64,000 nucleotides of DNA from Candidatus Daviesbacteria bacterium. GTDB taxonomy: Bacteria; Patescibacteriota; Microgenomatia; Daviesbacterales; UBA10151. The notes below the pieces were generated by a model. That model did no database searches. It saw nothing but the letters and a program-made list of their open reading frames with translations, and was not told the origin of the DNA. A program made the position numbers and the translations under genes. Within the stretch, counting starts at the first letter, position 1; each line of letters begins with the position of its first letter. Shown one piece after another: positions 28,592 to 38,912 of this stretch. The stretch is from NCBI GenBank assembly GCA_016176405.1, contig JACOXG010000004.1:9082-73081 (forward strand). Reading direction: 5' to 3'.

Positions 28592-29883
28592 TCCCATCTT
28601 TTATTGATAAATCCAATATTCCACATAGAAGTGGTGTCTATATTTTTAAGGATAATAGGCAAAGTGTTATTTATGTGGGAAAAGCGATTGATTTATATCA
28701 TCGAGTAGCCTCATATTTTGGCAATCATAGTGGTGATGTAAAACTAACAAATTTGGTAAGTAACATTTCTTCAGTGGAAACCATTATCGTGGAATATGAA
28801 CTGGAAGCCTTAATTTTGGAGGCCAACTTAATCAAAAAATACCTACCTCCTTTTAATGTTAGTTTAAAAGATGATAAAGATTATCTTTATATTGGTATTA
28901 CCAAAGAAGATTTTCCCAAAGTCATTACATTAAGAAAACAAGATTTAAAAAGGGTTAAGAAGTTTTTTGGCCCCTTTCCTTCTGCGAGGACCGTTAGAGA
29001 CACACTTAAGCTGTTGCGTCGGGTCTTCCCTTGGTGTGCCAATCCACCTGGATTAAGAAATAGATACTCAAGACCTTGTTTCTATTACCATATAGGTTTA
29101 TGTCCTGGTGTATGTGCTGGATTAATTACTAAACAAGATTACCAGAAAACTATTAGAAGATTTGCCTTCTTTTTGGAGGGGAAAAAAGAGGAGCTGGTAG
29201 AGGAGTTATTTAGAGAAATGGCTGAAGCAGCTAAAGAAGAAAAGTTTGAAGAAGCTTCTAAAGTCAAGAAAATGCTTGATGGTATCAATTATCTTCTCCA
29301 GCCAAATAGAGCTCAGATTTATTTGGAAAACCCTAATTTTTTACAGGAAGAAAACAAACAAGCTCTAGTTAAACTTCAGAAGGATCTTAATTTGGAAAAA
29401 TTACCGGAAAGGATTGAGGCTTATGATATTTCTAATATTCAAGGTAAAGACGCAGTAGGATCAATGGTAGTTTTAACAAATGGTGAGATTGATAAATCTC
29501 AGTACAGAAAATTCAGAATCAGAGTGGCCGGAAGACCAAATGATGTAGGTATGCATAAAGAGATGATCAGACGTCGTTTAAACCATCCAGAATGGCCAAT
29601 GCCTGACTTAATCTTAGTAGATGGAGGAAGGGGACAGGCAAGAGCTGTAAAATTACAAATTACAAATTACAAATTGAATAACCTGCCTTTGGCAGGACAA
29701 ATTCCAGTTCTCGGCTTGGCCAAAAGAATGGAGTGGTTGTACCCACCTGAGGGTGAAGTGATCAAACTTTCCAAAAGAAGTTTAGCATTGAAACTATTGC
29801 AAAAAATTAGAGATGAAGCTCACCGTTTTGCTGTGACCTTCCATAGAAAGTTACACCAAAAATCGGTTATACTGGGATTGTAA
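28588..29883 (+). CDS. uvrC: Excinuclease ABC subunit C (UvrC), short form lacking the C-terminal HhH region
   Basis: GIY-YIG motif SGVYIFKDNRQSVIYVGKA, UvrB-interaction region, RNase-H-like domain ending in IRDEAHRFAVTFHRK; only 431 aa. Confidence 0.8.
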   Translation: MIPSFIDKSNIPHRSGVYIFKDNRQSVIYVGKAIDLYHRVASYFGNHSGDVKLTNLVSNISSVETIIVEYELEALILEANLIKKYLPPFNVSLKDDKDYLYIGITKEDFPKVITLRKQDLKRVKKFFGPFPSARTVRDTLKLLRRVFPWCANPPGLRNRYSRPCFYYHIGLCPGVCAGLITKQDYQKTIRRFAFFLEGKKEELVEELFREMAEAAKEEKFEEASKVKKMLDGINYLLQPNRAQIYLENPNFLQEENKQALVKLQKDLNLEKLPERIEAYDISNIQGKDAVGSMVVLTNGEIDKSQYRKFRIRVAGRPNDVGMHKEMIRRRLNHPEWPMPDLILVDGGRGQARAVKLQITNYKLNNLPLAGQIPVLGLAKRMEWLYPPEGEVIKLSKRSLALKLLQKIRDEAHRFAVTFHRKLHQKSVILGL

Positions 29884-29888
29884 GGTAT

Positions 29889-30290
29889 ATGAGGACTCTT
29901 TTAAGGTATTTTTTAATAAATTTTGCCTCTCTTTGGGTAACTACCAAGATTTTGCCGGGATTAACCTATACAGGAGGATTGAGAACGCTCATTTTGGGAG
30001 GCTTGGTTTTTAGCATTATTAATTTTTTGCTGATTCCCCTACTGAAAGTGTTACTACTACCTCTAAATTTATTAACCTTAGGTTTGTTTGCCTGGCTAAC
30101 CAATGTACTGGCTTTATATGCTTTAACCACGGTGGTGGCTGGGTTTCACTTAAGACCATACCATTTCACGGGATTTGTCTATAATGGCTTTACCATACCA
30201 GCTGTTGATCTGTCCACCTTTTGGGTGGCTGTAGTAGCCTCATTAACCATTGGTCTAATCACCCATTTCCTCCAGTGGTTGAGCCATTAG
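29889..30290 (+). CDS. Small integral membrane protein (4 TM)
   Basis: Hydropathy only. Confidence 0.4.
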   Translation: MRTLLRYFLINFASLWVTTKILPGLTYTGGLRTLILGGLVFSIINFLLIPLLKVLLLPLNLLTLGLFAWLTNVLALYALTTVVAGFHLRPYHFTGFVYNGFTIPAVDLSTFWVAVVASLTIGLITHFLQWLSH

Positions 30291-30315
30291 CATCATGATA
30301 TAATCCATTGATACG

Positions 30316-30534
30316 ATGAAGCCTGTTATTTCATTTATACAGATTATCTTGGGTGTTTTACTGATTTTGGTAATTATTATTCAGCAAAAAGGCACCGGCT
30401 TAGGATCAACTTTCGGGGGAGAACTTGGCTTTTATAGAACTAAAAGGGGAGCGGAGAAGATGTTATTTTATGTAACCATTATTTTGGCTGCCGCCTTTAT
30501 CCTGTTATCTTTGGTAGGACTAATTGTGAGATGA
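30316..30534 (+). CDS. secG: Preprotein translocase subunit SecG
   Basis: 72 aa, two TM helices flanking a Gly-rich loop QQKGTGLGSTFGG typical of SecG. Confidence 0.7.
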   Translation: MKPVISFIQIILGVLLILVIIIQQKGTGLGSTFGGELGFYRTKRGAEKMLFYVTIILAAAFILLSLVGLIVR

Positions 30535-31925
30535 AATTTCCCAGGCTTTCAGCCATTAGGCTGTCTTTTTTAATAGTCATCCAGCTAGTTAAACGAAAAA
30601 AAATTTGGTTACTGGCTATTTTAGGATTAGTGATTGTTCTAATTTTGGCGGTACTGGTAGGCATTTTTTCCCCTAAACAGATTTTAAGAGAAGGGATGGT
30701 AGGTACTTATCAGCAACATGATTTACCAGTTGAGATTGTCGAGCTGGCCTCGGATGGTTTGGTGGAAATGGATGAGAATGGTCAGATCCAACCTAAACTG
30801 GTGGAAGGTTGGGATGTTAATAATGATGCCACCATTTTCAAATTTAAATTAAAGCAAGGGGTCCGCTGGATTGATGGAACTGACATTAAATCTGAGGATT
30901 TGGCTTTTGATATTGCCAATACTGAGGTGACTTATCCTGATAGCCAAACAATCCAGTTTAAACTTAAGGAAGCTTATTCACCTTTTCCTTCTCTTTTGGT
31001 CAGGCCTGTTTTTAAAAAAGGCACCCTGATTGGAACTGGGCCCTACAAAATTACCAAAGTGGAAAAATCCAGGATATTTATTACCAAGCTAAGCTTGGAT
31101 CCACAAATTAAAGATTTACCTCAAATCCAGGTCCGATTTTATCCTAATGATAAGGTGGCCTTGACTGGTTTTAATGTGGGAGAGGTGCAATCTCTTTTGG
31201 GAATTCCCAATCCGGATAATTTACAAAATAATCCCCAGCTTAAGCGTAAACAGATGGTTGATTTTAAAAAGATTGTGACTATTATTTATAATACCCAAGA
31301 TCCTCTCTTATCATCTAGATCTTTGCGTCAAGCTCTCTCTTTTCAGGCTCCTCTGGTGGAAGGAGAGGATGTGGCTAACAATCCTTACCCTCGCTCCTGG
31401 TGGGTTTATGCAGAGGATGCCAAAAAATATTTGAATAATCCAGAGGAGGCCAAAGAAGCTTTGGAGAGGGCCCAGTCTTCTCTTTCTGAAGAACAACTCA
31501 AAGGGGAACTGATTTTAACCACCACTCCCAATTTGGAGGAGATGGCTAAGATAATTGTGTTAGCCTGGAAGGGATTGGGGTTTGATGCCAAACTTCGAAT
31601 TGAATCAGGAATTCCCCAAAACTTCCAAGCCCTTCTGATTACCCAAAGTATCCCAGATGATCCTGATCAATATTTTCTTTGGCACTCCTCTCAAACTAAG
31701 ACCAATCTATCCAAATATTCTCAAGCTAGAGCGGATAAGGATTTAGAAGATGGCCGGAGGGTAATAAACGAGGAGGAACGTAAAAAAATCTATCATGATT
31801 TTCAAGCAACCATTTTGGAGGATGCCCCGGCTACTTTTTTATATTTTCCTAAATATCATGTGGTATATTTAAAAAAGGTAGAAAGTCTTTTAGACAAAGT
31901 TTTAAACATGCAGCTTGCCCTTTAA
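30531..31925 (+). CDS. Extracellular solute-binding protein, family 5 (Opp/Dpp-like) domain protein
   Basis: N-terminal TM then SBP_bac_5-like region (VEGWDVNNDATIFKFKLKQGVRWIDGTDI). Confidence 0.55.
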   Translation: MKFPRLSAIRLSFLIVIQLVKRKKIWLLAILGLVIVLILAVLVGIFSPKQILREGMVGTYQQHDLPVEIVELASDGLVEMDENGQIQPKLVEGWDVNNDATIFKFKLKQGVRWIDGTDIKSEDLAFDIANTEVTYPDSQTIQFKLKEAYSPFPSLLVRPVFKKGTLIGTGPYKITKVEKSRIFITKLSLDPQIKDLPQIQVRFYPNDKVALTGFNVGEVQSLLGIPNPDNLQNNPQLKRKQMVDFKKIVTIIYNTQDPLLSSRSLRQALSFQAPLVEGEDVANNPYPRSWWVYAEDAKKYLNNPEEAKEALERAQSSLSEEQLKGELILTTTPNLEEMAKIIVLAWKGLGFDAKLRIESGIPQNFQALLITQSIPDDPDQYFLWHSSQTKTNLSKYSQARADKDLEDGRRVINEEERKKIYHDFQATILEDAPATFLYFPKYHVVYLKKVESLLDKVLNMQLAL

Positions 31926-32316
31926 TATGTTAAGAAATGTTGAGAGGATGATGGGGATTATGCAAAAGGAGATGGGTTTATCTTCCGTTCATATTAGATT
32001 TAAACCTATTTCTCAGGAGCAAGTTACAGGTGATGGAGGAATTATTGGACATCATCTAATTGGTATCTCTCGCCTGGATAGAAGAAGCGGAACTGCAACA
32101 CTGTATTTTACGGAATTTCCAACAGCTGAAACAATCAGACATGAGTTAGTCCACTTACGTTGGCCATATAGAAATAAACCTGGTGACCATCGTTTAATAG
32201 ATGAGGAAACAGAACTTTGGGAAAATGGTGGGAGGAAATGGGTGACTGATTGGAATGGGTCTTTATGGGTAGCAAGTCAGAATATGTCAGAGGTGCTAGT
32301 TAATCTCCAAAGGTAA
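31915..32316 (+). CDS. Small putative zinc metallopeptidase (HExxH)
   Basis: HELVH motif in a 133-aa protein; otherwise uncharacterised. Confidence 0.35.
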   Translation: MPFNMLRNVERMMGIMQKEMGLSSVHIRFKPISQEQVTGDGGIIGHHLIGISRLDRRSGTATLYFTEFPTAETIRHELVHLRWPYRNKPGDHRLIDEETELWENGGRKWVTDWNGSLWVASQNMSEVLVNLQR

Positions 32317-34087
32317 AGGCATAAATTTTAGTACTTTTGGTTTGAAATTCTAGTTTGAGTTGGTGATTTTCTTGATTGGGTAAGTTGACCAACTCATATA
32401 GTTTTGGTTCTGTTATTTTGGCAAAACCATTTGAAACATCCTGACCCTGGTTTGTTTCATTAACCACTTCTCCATCCAAATAAACCTTAATAGATCCCTC
32501 AACTGAGTCAGGAGCAATTACCAGGAAAACCTTTTTAGCGTTGAAATTAATTTCTAACATAGATCCTTTTTCAGATTCAGCATACTCATTTTGTATGTTC
32601 CAGCTACCTGAAAGAGCCCAGTAATTTGCCTTTAAGTCTGTGGGGTAGGAATAAATCTGAAATCCCGTAGTAGGGGACTGAGGTGATAAAAATCTCTCCA
32701 ATCTGGCTAAACCTAGATAAGTTTCAGGGGTCAGTCTGCTTTTAGGTGTTTCATCTGGTAAGCTGGTTAGTGAAGTGTCAACTGTTTGTCCTGCTTCAGA
32801 GAGCAAAATTTGAATGGCTTGTTCAGTCTCCTCATATTTGCCTTCTCCAAAATGGATATATCTGACATTGCCTTGATGATCAATCAGATATTTGGCAGGC
32901 CAGAAGTGGTTATCATAAGCTTTCCAGGTCAGATAATTATTGTCTTGGGCCACTGGGTAAGTAATTTTGTATTGGGTGATGGCATTTTCCACATTGGTTG
33001 TTTTTTTCTCAAATTCAAACTCCGGGGTATGAACGCCTACCACTACCAATCCTTGGTCTTTATATTTTTCATACCAGGAGGTGACAAAGGGTAGCGTGCG
33101 AATGCAGTTAATACAAGTGTAAGTCCAAAAATCTATTAGCACCACTTTGCCTTTAAGATTTGCCATGGTGAGTGGTTCAGTATTTAACCAATTGATAATA
33201 CCTACAAATTCCGGAGCCAAACCATAATTAGGTAGCTTGGAATCTGATGTTTTATCACCTCCCATGGGCTCCGTTGGAGAAAAGATGGTATTTTTGGGCA
33301 TGTCTTCTTTCTCCCCAACTTTTAATTTTTTCAATTCGCTCTGAACAGCGGGATTGCCTTCTAATCTAAAGAGAAAATCAGAATAAGCAGGAATTGCATC
33401 CAAAAGTTGGGCCTGCAAGACCCGATCATAGCCGGTGAAGATGGCAATGGCAGTCAGAATCATAATGATGCCAAAAAATTGCTGGATTCTAGCTGTATAG
33501 GGTGAAAGGAGCCTGCTTCTGGTAAAGATGGTTGAGCCAATGGTGGCAAAGATAAAAAGAGGTATCCCAACTCCTGCCACATAGACTAAGGTGACCAAAA
33601 TAATCTGCCAATTAACAGAAGTGGTGGCAGCCAAAGTGGCAATGGTGGCTAAAATTGGACCAGCGCAGGGTGACCAAACTAGGCCAAGAGAGAAACCGGT
33701 AATCAGCCCTGACCAAAAGCCAGTTTTAGGTGGTTGGTTAGGATCCTGCTGTTGAGTTGGGGCAAATTTGGAACTGAGTCGGGATACAAATCCCTCCAAA
33801 ATTTGAGTCAATTTGGGAATGACTAAACTCAAACCCAGAAAGCTTATCACAATAACTGCAAAAAAGCGCAAAATATCCGGATCAAAAGGAATAATTTTGA
33901 TAAGATAAGATAAGGTCAAGGTAAATAGAGCAAAACTAGTTATAATTCCCAAAGTAATTCCCAATGGTTTTCTTCTTCCACCAGAGGTGGTGGCAGATAG
34001 AATAATTGGTAAAAGTGGCCAAATACAGGGAGCAAAAATGGTGACCAGTCCTGATAAAAAAGCAAACAGCAGGAGAATAAGCATCAC
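32300..34087 (-). CDS. DipZ-like protein: CcdA/DsbD transmembrane domain fused to TlpA-like thioredoxin and a C-terminal beta domain
   Basis: TM region with conserved Cys (FAPCIWP; WSPCAGP), thioredoxin active site WTYTCINCIRTLP; architecture matches mycobacterial DipZ. Confidence 0.75.
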   Translation of the reverse strand: MMLILLLFAFLSGLVTIFAPCIWPLLPIILSATTSGGRRKPLGITLGIITSFALFTLTLSYLIKIIPFDPDILRFFAVIVISFLGLSLVIPKLTQILEGFVSRLSSKFAPTQQQDPNQPPKTGFWSGLITGFSLGLVWSPCAGPILATIATLAATTSVNWQIILVTLVYVAGVGIPLFIFATIGSTIFTRSRLLSPYTARIQQFFGIIMILTAIAIFTGYDRVLQAQLLDAIPAYSDFLFRLEGNPAVQSELKKLKVGEKEDMPKNTIFSPTEPMGGDKTSDSKLPNYGLAPEFVGIINWLNTEPLTMANLKGKVVLIDFWTYTCINCIRTLPFVTSWYEKYKDQGLVVVGVHTPEFEFEKKTTNVENAITQYKITYPVAQDNNYLTWKAYDNHFWPAKYLIDHQGNVRYIHFGEGKYEETEQAIQILLSEAGQTVDTSLTSLPDETPKSRLTPETYLGLARLERFLSPQSPTTGFQIYSYPTDLKANYWALSGSWNIQNEYAESEKGSMLEINFNAKKVFLVIAPDSVEGSIKVYLDGEVVNETNQGQDVSNGFAKITEPKLYELVNLPNQENHQLKLEFQTKSTKIYAFTFGD

Positions 34088-34350
34088 ATATATTATAAGA
34101 ACCTGATTCGCACTTCACAATGAGATATTATAGTTTGTGCCCGCAGAACATGTTAATTTTCCTTTGGAAAATTATACAATTTTACGAAATTCTTACTCTG
34201 TTTTGATTTATTTCTAATTTATTAATGATGTAATGTAAGTTGCCTGCTGAGTTGATAGATAGAGCGACCGACAGTCAATTTATAAAAGACTATAAAATAC
34301 TCGCCCAATCGCTTCTTAAGCAGGTGGTTATGATTTTAAGTTTAGCAGAT

Positions 34351-34377
34351 CGCTCCCGCAGGGGAGCGGTCTTTTTT
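34351..34377 (+). terminator. Rho-independent terminator-like hairpin (cgctccc-gcag-gggagcg) followed by T-run
   Basis: 7-bp GC-rich stem, 4-nt loop, then tcttttttaa on the plus strand in an intergenic region between two minus-strand genes. Confidence 0.5.
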
Positions 34378-34379
34378 AA

Positions 34380-34931
34380 TCAAAGAGCTTTCCCAAGCTC
34401 CATCCTAAAGGTCTCTTGGTCCCAGGACAGTGATGATCTTGAGAATTCTTCTCCATTCTTTAAAATTATTTTGGTATGCTGATAGGGAACATTAAATTGT
34501 TTGGCTAAGTTTTCCTCATCTTGATCAGTTTCAGAATCATTAAAATTGACCCTAAAACCGATTACCTGATCAGAGGTAAGTCCATCAAATCCTTGATGGA
34601 TAGCTGGTTCTTCCCCTCTACAAATTGGACACCAATTGGCATAAAAATCCAAAAGAATTATTTTTCCCTCAGATAGGGCTTTTTCATAATCGGCTTGGTT
34701 AAATTCCAAAAATGGAGCAGCCTTCCCTGCCAAGAGTTTACCTTGAAAACCAGGAGCAGTTTTGACAGATGCAGTGGCCTCATTTTTGGTGGATAGTGAG
34801 ACAGGTGGGGTAGAGGTTTGATTGCGACTTAGCAAATAAAATCCACCTAAAACAAAGATGAGTAAAGCTACTCCTCCAAAAATAACATTTCGCATACATT
34901 TAAGCTTCAACCTTTTGAAAAAATTTGTCAA
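34380..34931 (-). CDS. TlpA-like membrane-anchored thioredoxin (thiol:disulfide oxidoreductase)
   Basis: N-terminal TM; active site FYANWCPICRGEEP. Confidence 0.7.
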   Translation of the reverse strand: MTNFFKRLKLKCMRNVIFGGVALLIFVLGGFYLLSRNQTSTPPVSLSTKNEATASVKTAPGFQGKLLAGKAAPFLEFNQADYEKALSEGKIILLDFYANWCPICRGEEPAIHQGFDGLTSDQVIGFRVNFNDSETDQDEENLAKQFNVPYQHTKIILKNGEEFSRSSLSWDQETFRMELGKAL

Positions 34932-34944
34932 GCCTATGGTGAAA

Positions 34945-36765
34945 TTAGTTATCTAAGTTAATTTTTCTGATTCTGATATTTTTGGGGGTGACTTCAACTA
35001 GTTCTGTATCATCAATATATTCAATAGCATTTTCTAAGCTCATTAGTTTTGGAGTATTAAAATGCTCAGATGTTCCCTCACCAGATGATCTGTGATTTGT
35101 TTGTTGTTTTTCTTTACAAACATTAATCCAAATATCATCTTCTCGGGAATTCTGCCCTATCACTTGCCCTTTATAAACTGGCTGTCCAGCTCCTACAAAA
35201 AGAGTTCCTCTATCTTGTGCACCTGTTAAAGCATAAAGCTTAGTTACTCCTGATTCATGAACTACCAAAGACCCTTGAGCTCTCTCAAATTTTTCCCCTG
35301 AGTCTTCTCTATATTCAAAAAAAGATGAGCTAATAATACCTAAACCTTTAGTATCTGTGATAAATTGACTTCTATATCCAAAAAATTCTTTGGTGGCAAT
35401 TATAAATTCTAAAAAGGTAGTTCTATTCTCAGTATTCATATCTAAAAGTTGGGCATGTCTTAAGCCCATCTTTTGCATGACTGTTCCAGATAAAGCCTCT
35501 GGTACTTCAATGGCTACTTTTTCAAAAGGTGTGAAAGTTTTACCCCCTTCTACTTTTTCTATAACTTGTGGTTTACCAACCTGAAATTCATAACCTTCTC
35601 TTCGCAGTCTCTCAATTAAAATTGCCAAATGTAGTTCTCCTCTGCCAGAAACTATTAAATCTCCCAGGCTTCCATCTTCAACTTTTAAAGCTACATCAGC
35701 CTCTTGAGCTTTCATTAATCTATCTCTAATTTGTCTGGCTGTTTTAAATTCTCCTTCTTTACCACCCAAAGGTGAGGTATTTACTCCAAATCTCATCTGA
35801 ACTGTTGAGGGCTCAATATCTAAAACAGGTAAGGCAATAGGATTTTGAGGATCTGCTATAGTTTCTCCAATGGTGATATCTGGAATGCCTGAAAGGGCAA
35901 TAATATCTCCAGCTTTTGCCTCAGTTATATCCACTCTTTCTAATCCTTCAAAACCCATTAAAGAAGTTAATTTAAACTTTTTTATTTCACCATTTCTGTT
36001 AATATGGGAAACATCTTGACCAGCTTTGATTTCTCCAGAATAAATTCTGCCTGTGGCTATTCTGCCCTTAAAATTATCATAAATAGTATTAGTGATAAGA
36101 ATTTGTAGGCCATTAGTTCCTACTGTGGAAGGGGAGGGGATGTGCTCTAAAACAGCATCAAACACAGGGCTAATACTATCCATTTTTGATAAATCTGGCT
36201 CTAGACCAGCTTTGCCAAATTTTCCAGAAGAATAAATAGTGGGAAAGTAAGCAGTTTTCTCATCTGCTCCCAATTCTAAAAATAAATCAAAAGTTTTGTT
36301 AATGACATAATTAATTCTGGCATCAGGCTTGTCTATTTTGTTTACTACCACAATAACTTTGTGACCCATCTCCAAAGCCTTTTTTAAAACAAATCTGGTT
36401 TGAGGCATGGGACCTTCTTTGGCATCAATTAAAAGTAAGGCTCCATCAGCCATTTTTAACACTCTTTCAACTTCCCCACCAAAATCAGCATGTCCAGGAG
36501 TATCAATAATATTTATTTTGGTGTTTTTCCAATTTACAGAGGCATTTTTGGAAAAAATAGTAATACCCCTTTCTTTTTCCAAATCATTAGAATCCATAAT
36601 AAGCTCAGAAGATTCAGAAAACTGTTTTCCAAGCTTAGTTTTGGATTGGCGAAGCAAGGCATCAACAAGAGTTGTTTTGCCATGATCAACGTGGGCTATA
36701 ATAGCTATATTTCTTATATCATTCATATGTTTACCATTTAAAAAACCGCCCTTATGGCGGTCCAT
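34945..36765 (-). CDS. typA: Translational GTPase TypA/BipA
   Basis: G1 AHVDHGKTT, G3 DTPGHADF, G4 NKID; EF-G-like domains; likely true start is the MNDIRN Met at 36726 because a hairpin+U-run lies in the annotated 5' extension. Confidence 0.9.
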   Translation of the reverse strand: MDRHKGGFLNGKHMNDIRNIAIIAHVDHGKTTLVDALLRQSKTKLGKQFSESSELIMDSNDLEKERGITIFSKNASVNWKNTKINIIDTPGHADFGGEVERVLKMADGALLLIDAKEGPMPQTRFVLKKALEMGHKVIVVVNKIDKPDARINYVINKTFDLFLELGADEKTAYFPTIYSSGKFGKAGLEPDLSKMDSISPVFDAVLEHIPSPSTVGTNGLQILITNTIYDNFKGRIATGRIYSGEIKAGQDVSHINRNGEIKKFKLTSLMGFEGLERVDITEAKAGDIIALSGIPDITIGETIADPQNPIALPVLDIEPSTVQMRFGVNTSPLGGKEGEFKTARQIRDRLMKAQEADVALKVEDGSLGDLIVSGRGELHLAILIERLRREGYEFQVGKPQVIEKVEGGKTFTPFEKVAIEVPEALSGTVMQKMGLRHAQLLDMNTENRTTFLEFIIATKEFFGYRSQFITDTKGLGIISSSFFEYREDSGEKFERAQGSLVVHESGVTKLYALTGAQDRGTLFVGAGQPVYKGQVIGQNSREDDIWINVCKEKQQTNHRSSGEGTSEHFNTPKLMSLENAIEYIDDTELVEVTPKNIRIRKINLDN

Positions 36766-36841
36766 TTAGCAGGTAACGTATCATACCATTTCCAGCTTCA
36801 GATAACAACTTTGTAGGTGAGAAGGTGATTTAGCATTTGAT

Positions 36842-37462
36842 TTGAGCCTCCCAAATAGGTATCATAATAAATCTATGTTTGAAGTGCGTGGAGGAGAAAG
36901 AGCATTTGTGTATGATTATGATGACACTGTTTTTGATAGAGGAAGTATTGTTAGAGGTGGAAGTTCTCTTAAAACCAGACGAGCACTAAGTCAACCCAAA
37001 CGAATTCCTTCTTTAAATACTATTCCAGTTCTTAATAGACAGGTAGTTGATGCCCCCATAATTAATCCTTTTGAGCTGATCTCATTTCTTTTCCACAGAC
37101 GAAGAGGAGTTTTTCCTCAAGCAAGAGATGAAATAACTAAAGCTTTTGAGGCAGGCATTGATATTTTTGGAAATACTGGGCGATTAAATAAAAAGCCCTG
37201 GGTAAATATAACAGATCGTACATTAGAAAGGGGAGGAATAAGACCTTTTCTCCAAGGATCTTTCTTTACCCCAGTTGGTGTAAGAGTACTTATAAGTAAA
37301 ATTGATGCATTAAGAGAGGTACAAAGTAAGTACGAAGTAGTTGATTATTTTGAAGATGATGAGGTTACAGCAAGGGGAGTAAAATTAGTTCTTCCAGAGG
37401 TGAATGTTCATATTGTTAGATTTGAGTCTAATAAAAGAGTTGTAAGTGATTTACTAAAATAG
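36842..37462 (+). CDS. Hypothetical protein, possible HAD-like fold
   Basis: DYDDT (DxDxT) near the N-terminus and acidic DDE near the C-terminus; weak. Confidence 0.3.
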   Translation: MSLPNRYHNKSMFEVRGGERAFVYDYDDTVFDRGSIVRGGSSLKTRRALSQPKRIPSLNTIPVLNRQVVDAPIINPFELISFLFHRRRGVFPQARDEITKAFEAGIDIFGNTGRLNKKPWVNITDRTLERGGIRPFLQGSFFTPVGVRVLISKIDALREVQSKYEVVDYFEDDEVTARGVKLVLPEVNVHIVRFESNKRVVSDLLK

Positions 37463-37464
37463 TT

Positions 37465-38727
37465 TTATTCTACAAAGGTTAATGCTGTGCCTTTTTTGTT
37501 GGCTCTGCCTGTTCTGCCAATTCTGTGAATATAATCATCATAAGTTTGAGGCAGATCATAATTTATCACATGAGACACATCTGGAATATCTAGACCCCTG
37601 GATGCTACATCTGTTGCCAAGAGGATATTTATCTGATCTGATTTAAAGCTTTGTAAAACTCTTTCCCTTTGGGACTGCCTTTTATTTCCATGAATACTAC
37701 CTACTTTAAAACCTCTAAATTGTAACTGCTTATTTAATTTCTCAATTCCATGTTTGGTTTTTCCAAAAATTAACACCTTTTCAAATCCTTCTTTAATTAA
37801 AAGATCATGTAATTTATTTATTTTACTATCCCCATTTTGAACTCTGATCACATCCTGATCCACATTCTCAGCAGTATCTTGGATTTTTACAGACACAGTG
37901 ACAGGGTTTTGGACAAAATATTGTAAAACTTCCCTTACCTTCGGAGAAATAGTGGCTGAGAAAAAGAGGGACTGTCTTACCTTTGGTAAAAAGCTGACAA
38001 AATATTTCACATCATTTATAAAGCCAATATCAACCATTAAATCAACCTCATCTAGCACAAAAATAGAAAAATCATTTAAATTTAACATTCTTCTTTGAAT
38101 TAAATCTTTAAGTCTGCCAGGGGTACCAATAATAACATTAGGAAATCTTTTCAAATCACTGATTTGCCTGTGCATATTAGATCCACCAATAAGTAGAGCA
38201 GAATATATGCTCATATTTTTAGAAAAAGCTCTTAACTCATCATTAATTTGAACTGCTAATTCTCTAGTTGGGGTAATAATAAAAGCTCTTTTAGATCTAT
38301 CCTGAAAAATTTTACTGATTATAGGTATTAAAAAAGCAGCTGTTTTACCAGTGCCAGTGTTAGCCAGACCTATTAAATCTCTGCCTTCTAAAATAGCTGG
38401 AATAGCTTGTTGTTGAATTGGTGTTGGGGTTATATAACCTTTTTCCTGGATGTTAATTTTTAAGGGATTTATTAAATTAAAATCAGAAAAAGTTTGTTGA
38501 AAAACAGTTTCTATCTCAGTTATTTCTTTAGCCTTTTTAATAAAGATATCTAGCTGTCCTTTTAACTTGCTCTCATGAGCACCTCTAGATTGAAATCTGG
38601 GTTTGTTAAAACCACCATTAGAAAAAGGTCTTCTGAATTTATTTTTAAATGAATCTCCTCGGCGGACCGAGGAGCGAAAGCCTTTAGGCTTATTTCTCGT
38701 AGAAAATCTACGCTCATTGTAATACAT
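37465..38727 (-). CDS. DEAD-box ATP-dependent RNA helicase with Arg-rich N-terminal extension
   Basis: Q-motif, motif I ANTGTGKTAAF, motif II DEVD, SAT, HRIGRTGR. Confidence 0.9.
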   Translation of the reverse strand: MYYNERRFSTRNKPKGFRSSVRRGDSFKNKFRRPFSNGGFNKPRFQSRGAHESKLKGQLDIFIKKAKEITEIETVFQQTFSDFNLINPLKINIQEKGYITPTPIQQQAIPAILEGRDLIGLANTGTGKTAAFLIPIISKIFQDRSKRAFIITPTRELAVQINDELRAFSKNMSIYSALLIGGSNMHRQISDLKRFPNVIIGTPGRLKDLIQRRMLNLNDFSIFVLDEVDLMVDIGFINDVKYFVSFLPKVRQSLFFSATISPKVREVLQYFVQNPVTVSVKIQDTAENVDQDVIRVQNGDSKINKLHDLLIKEGFEKVLIFGKTKHGIEKLNKQLQFRGFKVGSIHGNKRQSQRERVLQSFKSDQINILLATDVASRGLDIPDVSHVINYDLPQTYDDYIHRIGRTGRANKKGTALTFVE

Positions 38728-38912
38728 AAGTATTAAATTGAAAAAGAAAAAACTAATATTTGTAAATTAGTAGGGAGCTACATAAAAATGTAATCCCAAG
38801 GGGAAAATAATCTGTAGCTTAAAATTCTAAATCAACTATCTTTTAGTGTATCACATTTTATCCCATAAAGCAAATTTGGGGGCTTGACAAGGTAGTTATA
38901 ATAGTAAGACTA

